Shown: positions 1 to 11,000 of the stretch, piece after piece | Position numbering within the stretch: position 1 is the first letter of the stretch | Layout of the letters: each line of letters opens with the position of its first letter | Origin: Candidatus Nanopelagicales bacterium | GTDB lineage: Bacteria; Actinomycetota; Actinomycetes; S36-B12 | Assembly (NCBI GenBank): GCA_032117355.1 | Contig: JAULZL010000038.1 | Span: forward strand, 1-36,609 | Direction of reading: 5' to 3' | Length of the DNA: 36,609 nucleotides | The notes under the pieces: model-generated | What the model saw: the letters and a program-made list of their open reading frames with translations, nothing else | Databases searched by the model: none | What the model was told of the DNA's origin: nothing | Made by a program: the position numbers and the translations under genes

Positions 1-126
1 GGTTGCTGGCATGTCACAGGTGAATGGCCGGTATGTAAAGGTGACGAATGTCAATGCCGGAGCCAAGACCTTCGAGCTCTACGACATCGACGGAGGCGTG
101 ATCGACACGACCGGGTACACGGCCTA
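1..126. repeat. Terminal assembly overlap, identical to nt 36474-36599
   Basis: Direct comparison of both ends (ggttgctggcatgtcacagg...cacggccta). Identity stops at nt 127 versus 36600. Confidence 0.95.
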
Positions 127-2467
127 CGGTGGCAACGGAGATGTGGCGCGGGTCTACACGATCCCGAGTCCGTATGCGGTGGAGGATCTGTTCACCGCTG
201 AGAACACTTCGGCGCTATCCATTGCCCAGTCTGGCGATGTGCTCTATGTCGGGTGCGAGGGGTATGCGCCGCAGACCCTGACGCGCAGCGGGAACACGAG
301 CTGGGCCTTTGCGGATTACGCGCCGACCGATGGTCCGTTTCAGCGTGAGCCGAATGCGAAAGAAAGCTTCTCGCTGACCGCGACGACCGGCAATGTCACG
401 GTGACTTCCGGCCTTGCGATATTCGACAACGACTCCGTGGGTATGCTCCTGCGGTTGCAGCCGGTGAACATCACGACGACGCAGTGGGAACCGGCGAAGT
501 CCATCACGGCGGGCGATATTCGCAAGTCGAGCGGGAAGTTCTATCAGGCGCAGAACAGCGCCACGACCGGCGCGATCCGGCCCATCCACGAGGAAGGACA
601 GGACTACGACGGCAATACGGGCGTGCTCTGGAAGTTCCTGCACCCCGGCTATGTCATCCTGAAAATTACCGCTGTCACGAGCACGACGGTGGTTGATGCC
701 GATGTGGTGGGTCCGGGCGTGGCTCCGAATGAGCTGCTCGGGTCGGCCTCGTGCGTCTATCGCATCGGCGCGTGGGGTCTGGGCATGGGCGCAGCCTATC
801 CCTACAAGACCGCGTTCTGGCGCGACCGACTGTGGTGGGGCGGCGGGCAGGATGTGTATGCCTCGGTCGCCGGGGATTACCTGTCCCACGCGGTCGACAC
901 GATGGGCGAGATCCTTGCCGACAACGCGCTGAACCTGACGCTCGCGGTCGGCAATGTGGACAAGGTGCGGTGGCTGCGTCCAGGTAACGCGCTCATCGTC
1001 GGGACTGCGGGGGCTGAAATCGCCATCCGCGAGAATGTGACGACTGCCCCGCTTGGCCCGGAGAACGTGAAGTTCGATTTGCAGTCTGCGGAAGGGTCGA
1101 TGGAGCTTGAGCCGACGCTGGTCGAGGATGCAATCATCTTTGCCCGTGTGGGTGGGCGGCGCATCATGGAGCTGCGGTTTGACCTGCAGGTGGATGCGTT
1201 CGTGCCGAGGGACATGAATGTTCTGTACCCCGAGGTTACGCGCTCGGGCATCGTGGACATGGAGTACCAGAAGGAACCGGATGACATCATCTGGTGCGTC
1301 TTGGGCAACGGGCGGCTCATCGGGCTGACTTACGACCGGGAGCAGAACATCTACGGCTGGCACCAGCATCCCATCGCGGGGAACGACGCGAAGGTCGAGG
1401 CGGTGCAGATTATCCCGAGTCCGAACGGGGACTTGGACGATGTGTGGCTGGTGGTCTCGCGCACCATCGAGGGCGACTTCCCGTATGAGTTGGCGCTTGA
1501 GGCCGGTGGCGGTTTGTTGACTGAGGGTTCTGACCAGTTGACAACCGAGGACGATGTGAACCGGACGCAGCGGTTCATCGAGTACATCGGGCAGTCGATT
1601 GAGGAAGGCGAGGACATCCAAGGGGCTGGGTACCTGGACGCCTCGCTTGAATTCAACGCGGTGGTGCCTGCCGATCTGTTCCTCGCGGACGGGTACCAGA
1701 CTGCCGGATCTACCGGGGTGGAAGTCACGGTAACCTCAAGTCTGGAGATTGCGAGCGAGGCCGACGAGATTATCGAAGCTGAGAACGGCGACCTCATCAC
1801 CATCAACGACCCTGTGTTCGTTGCGGGGGATGTTGGGCGCGAGATCGTGCATCGGTACTACGACGAGGAGAACGAGCTCTGGCGCTCGGCTCGTGCGGAG
1901 ATCACCACGGTCGTTGACCAGGAGTCGGCGCTTGTGACCATCGTCTCGGTGTTCCCGAACGATGATGTCCCGTTCAACGAGTGGCGGCTGACGGCGACGA
2001 CCTTGCGCGGCCTGTGGCACCTCGAGGGCGAGACGGTCTCTGCGCTTGCGGACGGCGAGGAGGTCACCGGCCTTGTGGTGACGGACGGTGCGGTGACGAT
2101 GCCGTTCCCGACCTCTCGGGCGACTGTGGGGTATCCGTACACCTCGACGCTTGCGACGCAGCGCATTGAGGCGGGTGCGGCAATCGGTACGGCGCAGGCC
2201 AAGATCAAGCGCATCCACAAGTGCGGGTTGCGGCTATATGCGAGCTTGGGCGGCAAGGTGGGACCGGGGCCGAACAACCTCGACCTCATCCAGTACCGGA
2301 AGAACAACGACTTTATGGACGAGGAGCCGCCTCTGCTGACGGGCGATACTGATGTGTTCGCCTTTCCGGGCGGGTACGAGACGGACGGGCGCATCTGGGT
2401 GGTGGCTGACCAGCCCCTGCCGATGACCGTCATCGCGCTCTACCCCGAGATGGAGACGCAGGGATGA
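1..2467 (+). CDS. Tail tubular protein B-like (T7 gp12 position) nozzle protein, 3' part. The reading frame continues from 36079-36599 across the circular junction, giving about 953 aa in total.
   Basis: The frame is open from nt 2 and identical to the end of ORF 36058-36600 (..QVAGMSQVNGRYVKV..). It directly follows the gp11-like gene. The size and position fit the nozzle protein of T7-type tails. Confidence 0.6.
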   Translation, partial: VAGMSQVNGRYVKVTNVNAGAKTFELYDIDGGVIDTTGYTAYGGNGDVARVYTIPSPYAVEDLFTAENTSALSIAQSGDVLYVGCEGYAPQTLTRSGNTSWAFADYAPTDGPFQREPNAKESFSLTATTGNVTVTSGLAIFDNDSVGMLLRLQPVNITTTQWEPAKSITAGDIRKSSGKFYQAQNSATTGAIRPIHEEGQDYDGNTGVLWKFLHPGYVILKITAVTSTTVVDADVVGPGVAPNELLGSASCVYRIGAWGLGMGAAYPYKTAFWRDRLWWGGGQDVYASVAGDYLSHAVDTMGEILADNALNLTLAVGNVDKVRWLRPGNALIVGTAGAEIAIRENVTTAPLGPENVKFDLQSAEGSMELEPTLVEDAIIFARVGGRRIMELRFDLQVDAFVPRDMNVLYPEVTRSGIVDMEYQKEPDDIIWCVLGNGRLIGLTYDREQNIYGWHQHPIAGNDAKVEAVQIIPSPNGDLDDVWLVVSRTIEGDFPYELALEAGGGLLTEGSDQLTTEDDVNRTQRFIEYIGQSIEEGEDIQGAGYLDASLEFNAVVPADLFLADGYQTAGSTGVEVTVTSSLEIASEADEIIEAENGDLITINDPVFVAGDVGREIVHRYYDEENELWRSARAEITTVVDQESALVTIVSVFPNDDVPFNEWRLTATTLRGLWHLEGETVSALADGEEVTGLVVTDGAVTMPFPTSRATVGYPYTSTLATQRIEAGAAIGTAQAKIKRIHKCGLRLYASLGGKVGPGPNNLDLIQYRKNNDFMDEEPPLLTGDTDVFAFPGGYETDGRIWVVADQPLPMTVIALYPEMETQG

Positions 2468-2892
2468 CCTTCGAGGTGCATCCCTTTGTCCCGGCTGACC
2501 TTGCGGAGTTGAGCCTGCAGCCGTCGCAGGAGTTCCTGTCGCCGTTTGTGGGGCGACCGGGCTATGGGCAGGAGCTGTCCGAGGCGGGTCCCTGCTACAC
2601 GGCGCGGGAGGGCGGTCGGATTGTGTGCTGTGCTGGTCTGGTGAATCTCTGGGAGGGGCGGGCGTCGGCGTGGGCGCTGCTCTCTGCGGACTCCGGGCGG
2701 TGCATGATAAGCATTCACCGTGCGGTTGCTGAGTTCTTCGACGGCTGCGGGATCGAGCGCGTCGAGGCGTATGTAGTGCCGGACTTTATGCCCGGTCACC
2801 GATGGGCGAGAATGCTCGGGTTCGAGCGTGAGGGCCGGATGCGAGCCTTCCAGCGAGGTCAGGATATGGACATGTACGCGAGGGTACTCTGA
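2464..2892 (+). CDS. GNAT-fold N-acetyltransferase-like protein in the T7 gp13 position of the virion module
   Basis: 142 aa with an ATGA overlap to the upstream gene. The C-terminal pattern RVEAYVVPDFMPGHRWARMLGFEREGRMRAF..DMDMYARV resembles the RimJ/RimL-type GNAT core. Confidence 0.55.
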   Translation: MTFEVHPFVPADLAELSLQPSQEFLSPFVGRPGYGQELSEAGPCYTAREGGRIVCCAGLVNLWEGRASAWALLSADSGRCMISIHRAVAEFFDGCGIERVEAYVVPDFMPGHRWARMLGFEREGRMRAFQRGQDMDMYARVL

Positions 2893-3437
2893 TGGCAGAC
2901 CCGATTACCATAGCCGCAATTGCTGCTGCAGCATCGGCGGGGTCGTCTCTGATGGCAACCGGCCAGCAGCGGGCGGTCGGCGCTGCGCAGGCTCGTGCGC
3001 TCGAGGTCGAGGCCGGTGTCGCTCGGCGGCAGGCTGGGCTTGAGACTGAGGCGCTCGGGCGCGAGACGCGTCGGCAGTTCGGCGAGCTGCGGGCGGCTGG
3101 CGCTCAGGCGGGTTTGTCTGACTCGGTGACCTTCGGCGATGTCTACAAGCAGGCGGCGACGGCTGCGGAATTGGATGCTCTGTCCTTGGCGTATCAGGGT
3201 GAGACGCAGGCTGCTGGCCTCCTGACCGAGGCTCGCATCACCCGCGCATCCCGCCCGTCATGGGTGCAGGGCATCCTGCAGGCTGGTTCTGCTGCGCTTG
3301 GCGGGTATGCCGGTGCTGGCGGTACGCTTCCCTCCCGATCCCCGAGGTCGTCGCAGTTGACCGGCGTGACCGTGACGGGTCGGCGAGTTCCGACCACCAT
3401 GACCACCACAAGCGGTCGATACTCGGGGCCGAGATAA
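2892..3437 (+). CDS. Internal virion protein (T7 gp14 position)
   Basis: 181 aa with a hydrophobic Ala-rich N-terminus (MADPITIAAIAAAASAGSSL) and Ala/Gln-rich helical repeats. It is coupled to both neighbours by ATGA and TAATG overlaps. Confidence 0.5.
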   Translation: MADPITIAAIAAAASAGSSLMATGQQRAVGAAQARALEVEAGVARRQAGLETEALGRETRRQFGELRAAGAQAGLSDSVTFGDVYKQAATAAELDALSLAYQGETQAAGLLTEARITRASRPSWVQGILQAGSAALGGYAGAGGTLPSRSPRSSQLTGVTVTGRRVPTTMTTTSGRYSGPR

Positions 3438-5083
3438 TGGCGAAGCTCGAGTTCTACCGTCAGCAGGTTGTCCCGCGCATCGCAACGCCGAGTGCGCGTG
3501 GGCTCGCTGCTGTCGGGACTCAGGCTGCAGAGACTGCCGAGGCTGTGGCGCGTGGTGCTACGGCGTTTGCCAGGCTTTCGGCTGACCTCGACGAACTGCG
3601 TGTTGAGGATGCGTTCAATCAGTTGCGCGACCAGCAGACCGATTTGATGATGAACCCGGAGACGGGGTTTGCATCGAAGAAAGCCGCTGATGCGGTAGCG
3701 CCTGATTTCATGACCAAATACTCGGGCGATTTCAAGAAAACGATTGAGCGGGTAGCGTCTGGGTTGCCGAACACTCGGCAGCAAGACATGTTCCGGCGTC
3801 GGGCTGCAATGGCCGAGGCTGAGTTCGACGACTCTTTGATGCGGCATGTCCTGCGCGAGACAGATCAGTACCGGGATAATGTTTACAAGGGGGCGGTCGC
3901 CACCGAGGTGAATCAAGCCGCGCTGAACTGGCGCGACCAAGCAAAGCTGAACGACAGCATCGGGCGCATTGCAACGAACACGGCGCTCTGGGCTGACCGC
4001 AACGGCATCACCGGGGATGCACTGATGGCGGTGCAGATGGACAACATCGACCAGGTGCATTCGGCGGTTGTCAATTCGGCGCTCGATGCTGGGAATGTAG
4101 AATTTGCTGCGCAGTACATTGACCGCAACCGATCGACCATTAAGGCCCCGAGGCTCGTGGAGCTTGAGGGCAAGGTGGCGACCGAGACCGATGTGCGGGC
4201 GTCTGCGCGTATCGCGGACGATGTGATGGGGTCGTTCGGCGGTCGCATCCCGAGCGAGACCGAGGTGCGTCAGAAGATAGCCGAGGTTACCGGTGACAAT
4301 GTGCGGGTGCGCAACGACGCTACGCAGGAAGCTCTGGCGCAGCTGAACTCAAGGTTGCGCGACCGTGAGCGGCGCGAGCAAGAGGTCATGGCTGCGGTTT
4401 ACGGGCGGTTGGAAGCGAACGGCGGCAACCTTGCTGCGCTCCCGGCCTCGCTGCGCTCTGCGATTCCGGGCGACAAGTTGGGCTCTGTGCGCAACTACGC
4501 TGACGGGTTGCGTGGTGGCAAGAAGATCGAGACCGATTGGGATACCTACTACCAGTTGCGCACCAATCCGGCATTGTTGCGCCAGACAAACCTGATGGCG
4601 CTGCGTCCTCGGCTGGAAGACACCGAGTTCAAGGAGCTCATCCGGCTGCAGGGCGAGGCGACCGATACGCCGGAAGTGGCGCAAACCGAAGTGCAGACGA
4701 CAACGCAACGGATGAACATGCGCCTTGCCGAGATAGGTATTGACCCGAGCCCGAAGCAAGGGTCAATTCCTGCCAAACGGGTAGCGAAAGCGTGGGCTAC
4801 CTTGGGCGCAAACATCCGCGAGGCAGAGGCTGCGGCTGGTCGCAAGCTGACGCCGGAGCAGCGTGACGCTGAGATTGACCGGCTCTTTGCCAGCGTTGAA
4901 GTGCGCGGGAGTTTGTTTGGCACGACCGATGTGGCGCTGTTTGAGGTTAAGCCCGACATGGAAATTGTGGTGCCTGAGTTTGATCGGCGGCAGATTGCTG
5001 CGGCGCTGCGGGCGCAGGGCAAGGAAGTCAGCGAGGCGAACATCCAGTTCTACTTCAAGAAGGCGCAGGGGCTTATCAAGTGA
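3437..5083 (+). CDS. Internal virion protein (T7 gp15 position)
   Basis: 548 aa counted from the ATG at 3437, which overlaps the upstream TAA. It starts MAKLEFYRQQVVP and is helical and charged. The track ORF start at 3260 adds a Cys/Arg/His-rich extension that looks non-coding. Confidence 0.5.
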   Translation: MAKLEFYRQQVVPRIATPSARGLAAVGTQAAETAEAVARGATAFARLSADLDELRVEDAFNQLRDQQTDLMMNPETGFASKKAADAVAPDFMTKYSGDFKKTIERVASGLPNTRQQDMFRRRAAMAEAEFDDSLMRHVLRETDQYRDNVYKGAVATEVNQAALNWRDQAKLNDSIGRIATNTALWADRNGITGDALMAVQMDNIDQVHSAVVNSALDAGNVEFAAQYIDRNRSTIKAPRLVELEGKVATETDVRASARIADDVMGSFGGRIPSETEVRQKIAEVTGDNVRVRNDATQEALAQLNSRLRDRERREQEVMAAVYGRLEANGGNLAALPASLRSAIPGDKLGSVRNYADGLRGGKKIETDWDTYYQLRTNPALLRQTNLMALRPRLEDTEFKELIRLQGEATDTPEVAQTEVQTTTQRMNMRLAEIGIDPSPKQGSIPAKRVAKAWATLGANIREAEAAAGRKLTPEQRDAEIDRLFASVEVRGSLFGTTDVALFEVKPDMEIVVPEFDRRQIAAALRAQGKEVSEANIQFYFKKAQGLIK

Positions 5084-8000
5084 CCGACTACCGGCGAATG
5101 GTTGAGGAGGACAATCCCTACCTCGACCTGATGCGGCAGGAGCAGACCGGGGCGCTGCGCTCATCCATGTACGGCGCTGCGCAGACCGAGCCCGATGTCG
5201 AGGCCGAGCTGCGCAGGCTTGCGCAGAAGGTGAATGTGCCGATTGAGACGGTGCGGGCTGACCGCAAGGAGATTGAGCGGCAAGCCATCCTCGGCGGGGT
5301 GGACTACGACAACCTGGTGAAGTCGAGCCCGGTGACGGCGGCGTTCCTGTCCGAGCAGGCCGATGTAGCGCGGGATGATGTGGGTACGCTTGAGCGCATC
5401 GAGCGCACCTTCATCGCTCCGACTCAGGGGTGGAAGCAGGCTTCCGTTCAAGATCAGGTGAGTCCGCTCAACTGGCGGGCAGTCTCTGGCGAGATCATGA
5501 GCTCGAGCGAGGCGGCGGAGCGCCGCAAGTTGCTTGATGAGATTGGCGCTCTTGGGCGCACGACCGAGCGCGGTGACAACCCGTTTGCGTGGTTCCTCGG
5601 GCAGACCGGGTACACGGCGCGGTCGCTGGTCAGTTCCATCCGCGAGGGCGGCAAGGGAGCCATTGTCGGTGGCGCGACTGGCGCTGGCGTGGCGCTCGCG
5701 CTCGGGCAGGCTGGCCCGCAGGTGGCGCTGCCGGAGGAGATGGTCACGGTGCCGGGTGCGTTCGCGTTCGGCGCTCGGGCGGGCTATATCACGGCGACAA
5801 CGGTCTACAACTACAAGGAAGAGACCGGGTTCGCGTTCGCTGAATACGAGGGCTTGAAGGACGAGGCTGGCGTTCCGCTCGACCCTGCTGTGGCGCGTGG
5901 CGCAGCGGCGGCGGCTGGCTTGCTGAATGCCGGTCTTGAGACGGTTGGCGACATCGCGCTTGCGAAGATGATTCCCGGTCTCGACCGGCTGCTCGGGCGC
6001 GGGTCGCGTGAGGCGGTCAAGGCGCTCTTGGAGCGTCCGACCTTCCGCAACGCCATTGCGCAGGCCGGGAAGAAGTGGCTCCAGTCGGCGTCCATTGAGG
6101 GCGTTACCGAGTCACTGCAGGAGCTCGGCGTCATCCTCGGGCGCGAGCTGGCGCAGGGTGTGTCCGGTCAGGAGTTTGCAGCCGACGAGGGCAACGTGGC
6201 GCGGGTGCTTGAGGCTGGTGCTGCTGGGTTTGCTGGCGGTGCTGGCGTGGGCTTGCCTGGTGCGGCCATCTCTGCGACCTCGAACGTGCGCGAGGTGCGC
6301 AAGGCGAACCAGACCGCGCAGTTCATGGAGGCGCTTGGTGAGAGCGCGAAAGCGTCCAAGTTGCGCGAGCGGTTGCCGGAGCAGTTCCGGGACTTCGTGG
6401 CAAAGGCTCGGGAGCAGGGGCCGATCGAGAACGTCTTCATCCCGGCTGACCAGTTCACGCAGTACTGGCAGAGTCAGAACGTCGACCCGGCGCAGATTGC
6501 GACCGAGGTGGGCGCGGCCAACTATGCCGAGGCGGTGGCGATCGGCGGGGATGTGGTCATCCCCATCGAGAACTACGCGACCCGGCTGGCTGCGACCGAG
6601 CACCATGCCGCGCTGATTCAAGACACCCGGCTCTTTCAGGGCGACTTGACGATGCGCGAGGTTCAGGCGCTCGAGGCCGACCGGCAGCGGGTCGAGACCG
6701 AGATTCAAGCGGCCATGGAGACCGAAGGCACCGAGGCCGAGGCTCCTTCCATAGCCACAATCAAGCAGGACGTCCTAGGACAGCTTCTGGGGCGATTTGA
6801 CAGGGCGACCGCTGACACATACGCGACCATGTACTCACGCGCCATAAACGCTCTGGCGCAGCGTAGCGGCATCGACCCTGCTGCCCTGCATGAGCAGTAT
6901 GGGCTCAGTGTGGTCACCCCCCTGCCGGACATATTGCAGTCGCGGATGGGGATAGACGCTGCGCTCGACCCGCTCATTGACCGGCTGCGCACCGGGGACA
7001 TCCCGAAGCAGCGTGACATCTACGGCAAGTCGCTGACTCAGTTCCTGCGTGAGCGCGGTGGGCTGCAGGATCAGGGCGGGGAGCTCGGGGCGCGAGATGC
7101 CAAGCTCTGGGACCGTGAAAACCGAAAGGTAGGCGAGAAGGCGCTGGTGTCTGAGAAGGGCATGACCTTCGATGAGGCGCGTGAGATTGCGCTTGAAGCC
7201 GGGTTCAATGTCGGCGAGACCGAGGTCACATTCCTCGATGCGATCGACCGCGAGTTCCGTGGCGAGGGTGTGTTCATGCCCGGCAAGGAGCGCGGCGCTC
7301 TGGCTGACTTGGCAGAGGCTCTGACGCAGCTCGAGGAGTACCTTGGGCAGCAGGGCATCGACATCACGACGACCGACAACGCGACCATCAAGGCGCTGAT
7401 CGCCAAGGCGAGCGAGGGGATGGGTGATGTTGGGATGCAGTTTGCGCAAGCCCCGGACAAGCTTTCTGCGGTTCATAACTTGACGGCTGACAATTTGATT
7501 TATGCCGACAAGATTGGCGGGCTTGCTGTTCCGTCGGTTGCTGTTGTTCCGCAAGGGCAAGCTATAGGGGGATTTGGCGAAATCACATTGCTTGGATCAA
7601 AGGAGCTTGTTGATCCAGAAGCGGAACCTGTTTTCAGTGCTGACGCATATTCGGCAACATTTCCAAAGCCGGAATACCGCAAAGTTAAGATTGCGACTGT
7701 GAGGGAAGTTGCGGAAAAATTCCGAGCATTGGATGTGCAATACAACGACAACGTTGAAGATCTCATCGTTGATTATTCGGCAAACAAGCCAGATCCGCAG
7801 CGCATCATTGATTACATGTTGCGCTCCCGGTCTGCAATGGCTGCTTATCTGAAAAGCACTGGAGAATCGGTACCCGCCCCAGTAATGCGTTCTGTCAATT
7901 TGCGCGCCCCATTTGTGACTAATCCGCAAGTAAAAGCGTTTATTGAACAATCTGGGTATACCGAGCTTTTGAACATGAGCCCAGAAGAAAGTCCAAATTT

Positions 8001-11000
8001 GTGGGCTCAATTCAGCAATGTTGTCATGGATGCGGCATCAAAGTACGCAACAGAATCATCGCCAAAAAATTCAGAGGTTGCTGATACTCTTAAAGATTCC
8101 ATTGAAAGGCAATTTTTCCGTGATGGAGCGTTGACCTATAACGGTCTTTCCATGGTTCTTACTAGTTACAGAGACGCAGAAAGAAGCGAAGTTAATCGCC
8201 AAGAAACTGATGACGCGCTAATTGATGCCATTGGAGACAGAAAATCTGAATTCAAGTCATGGATAGAATCTGAAATTGTTTCGATGTTTGGCAAGCCACG
8301 GATAAAGATTGGTGGCAAGTTGGCCCCCTACACTCTGGATAACATCGTTGATGCAATGACTGGCGCTGTAAAGAATGTCGAAAAGACAGTTACCTATGGC
8401 TCTGGAAAAGTTAGAGCCGCGCAATCAATGCGATTCCGCAATCTTGAACAAATGCGTGAATATGCAAAGACATCTATTCGCTCGGAAAAAGAAGTCGCTA
8501 AGTATAGAAAAGAAGCTGATGATCTTCTTGGGCAGTATCGCAATGCGGTCGCTGAATACAGCAAGCATGGCGATACTTGGGATGCGCTTGATGAATCAAT
8601 GGAGGCAATTGCCAAGGGTGGAACAACCAAAGAAAGCATACGCAAAGCGCTTGCCAAAAACTTCAAGGTTGGAAGCATTCCAGATGATGTTATCGATTTG
8701 GCGGTTCGTGCAGCAAGGTCGCTTCTTCTTGCTCCTGTCCCCTATTTTGAGGCGAAGCCACAACGAGCTGTTGCGCTGAATGAGTTTAGCGGTGCTGTTG
8801 TTCCGTCCGGAACAAGCAAGGCTGCAATAGATGTTCTTGAAAAAAGCGGCATACAATGGACATATTACGATTCGCAAAGTGAAGGGTCTCGTGAAGCGGC
8901 TATTGCAGATTTGCAAGGGCAACTTCCGGCCACCCTTTTCCAAGCAGTAAGCCCCGAAGACAAGCGCGGGTTCATCCAGTTCGGCACCGATCGGAAGGTG
9001 CGCATCGGGCTGCTTGAAAAGGCCGACCTGTCCACCTTCATCCACGAGACCGGCCATTTCTACCTTGAGGTGCTGCTCGACCTTGCCGAGCGGGCTGACG
9101 CAAGTCCGCAGATCAAGGCCGACGCTGAAACCCTGATGAAGTGGTTCAAGGTCAAGAACCGCTCCGAGATCGGCGTTGCCCAGCACGAGATATTTGCGCG
9201 AGGTAACGAGGCGTACCTGATGGAGGGCAACGCTCCGAGCGCGGCCCTGCGCGGTATCTTCCAGCGGGCGCGGGCGTGGATGACGCTAATCTATCGCACG
9301 CTGTCTAGGCTTGATGTCACGCTGAACGACGAAGTGCGCGGCGTGTTTGATCGCATCTACGCGACCGACCAAGAGATTGAGGCGGCGAACACCGAGCTCG
9401 ACCTCAAGGATCTGTTCTCGACTGCCGAAGACGCCGGGATGACGGAGGCAGAGTTTGCTGCCTACAAGAAAACGGCAGAGGGTGCGAACGAGCGGGCGAA
9501 GGAGAAGCTGCAGGCTCAACTGCTGCGCGAATACTCACGCGAGCGCGAGAAGTGGTGGAAGGGCGAACGAGCCAAGATGCTCGAGAAGGTCACGGCAGAG
9601 GTAGATGCTTCTCCGGCGTACCGCGCTGCGGCCATCCTGACCGAAGGTGTCACGCCGGACGGCATTGCCATCAAGCTGTCCCGGCAGGCTCTTGAGAGTC
9701 GGTTCGGCGCTGAGTTCTTGAAGCGACTGCCGAAAGCATTGCGCAAGGTCTACACCAAGGAAGGCGGCACGACCGTCGATGTCGCGGCTGAGGTTCTCGG
9801 GTTTGAGAGTGGCGAGGCGCTGATGGAGGCGCTCGTCAATCTGCGTCCCCGCAAGCAGCTCATCGAGGCCGAGGTTGCGAACCGGATGGCGACCGAGTTT
9901 GGCGACATGCGGATGGACGGCACCATCGGCGACGAGGCGATGCTGGCGGTCCACAACAGCGAGCGGGCGACGGTCATTGCTGCCGAGCTCAAGGCGATCC
10001 GGCGACTGCAGCGACAGGTGCGCCCGGTTGTGGCTGGCATTCGCCGGGCCGAGGCTGCGGAGCGCCGCGCTGGGCTTGACATGGTGGCGTCCGCGATTGA
10101 AGACCCGGATGCGTTCAAGCGGGCTGCGGCTGGGCGCATTGGGCAGATGATGGCGCGGGACATCTCGCCTGGTAAGTACCTGCTCGCCGAGCGTCGTGCG
10201 TCGAAGGCGGCGTTCGATGCCATCAAGAGGAAAGACTACGCGGCGGCTGCAACCGAGAAACAGCGCGAGCTGATGAACCATTACATGTATGTCGAGGCGA
10301 TGAAGGCGCAGCGGCAGCTCGATACCATCTATTCCTACGCTGGCAAGTTCGACAAGAAGGCGACCCGCGAGCGTCTTGCGAAGGCGGGCGGTGGCTACCT
10401 TGACCAGATTGATGCCATCCTCGAGAAGTACGAGTTCCGGCAGGTGCCACTGCGGGTGCTTGCTCGCCGCCAGTCGCTGGTCGATTTCGCCGAGCAGCAG
10501 GCCGCGCTCGGTCTCATCGTCAATGTCCCCGATCAGCTGCTCGACGAGGCGCGGCTAGTTAACTACAAAAACGCATCGGTCGATGAGCTGCGGGCGGTCT
10601 ACGACACGGTGCGGAACATTGAGCACATTGCCAAGCTCAAGGACAAGCTCCTGCGCAAGCAAGCAGCGGTAGAGTTCCAGGACACCAAGGACGAGCTCAT
10701 CAAGTCTGCAACCGAGTCTGACAGGCTTGCGTCAACCGGCGAGCTTGCCATCCCGAACACGGTCGGCGAGCCGTTGCTGGCGCGTGGGGCGAAGGCGTGG
10801 CGGCGGTTTGACGCTGCCATCCTTAAGGTCGAGCAGATGATTGAGTGGCTTGATAACGGCAAGATCAACGGGCCGTGGGCGCGGTTTGTGTTTGACCTTG
10901 CCAACGATGCGCAGGTGAAGGAATACGAGCTTCATGCCCAAGTCACGAAGCGCATCCAAGACCTGACAGAGAGCCAGCCGAAGGGCTGGGGCGACACGCT

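Noticed and set aside
1-126. The 126-bp repeat at both window ends could be a T7-like direct terminal repeat.
   Set aside because: It lies in the middle of the nozzle-protein gene. The right-hand copy runs straight into an Illumina adapter. An assembly overlap of a circular or circularly permuted contig is the simpler explanation.
215-1621. A long antisense ORF (468 aa). Similar ORFs occur opposite real genes, for example 23734-24981, 28726-29631, 32713-33582, 33779-34609, 10732-11685 and 3194-4060.
   Set aside because: These ORFs are Arg/Pro/His/Gly-rich and low in complexity, and they lack an RBS. They lie antisense to ORFs with clear protein-family motifs. Such ORFs are the expected by-product of roughly two-thirds GC coding DNA.
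3260-3436. An upstream extension of the gp15-position ORF (track start at 3260). A similar extension affects the Rz ORF (track start at 30481).
   Set aside because: Both extensions overlap the preceding genes in another frame and have aberrant composition. The starts at 3437 (TAATG) and 30520 (GTGA) give standard translational coupling.
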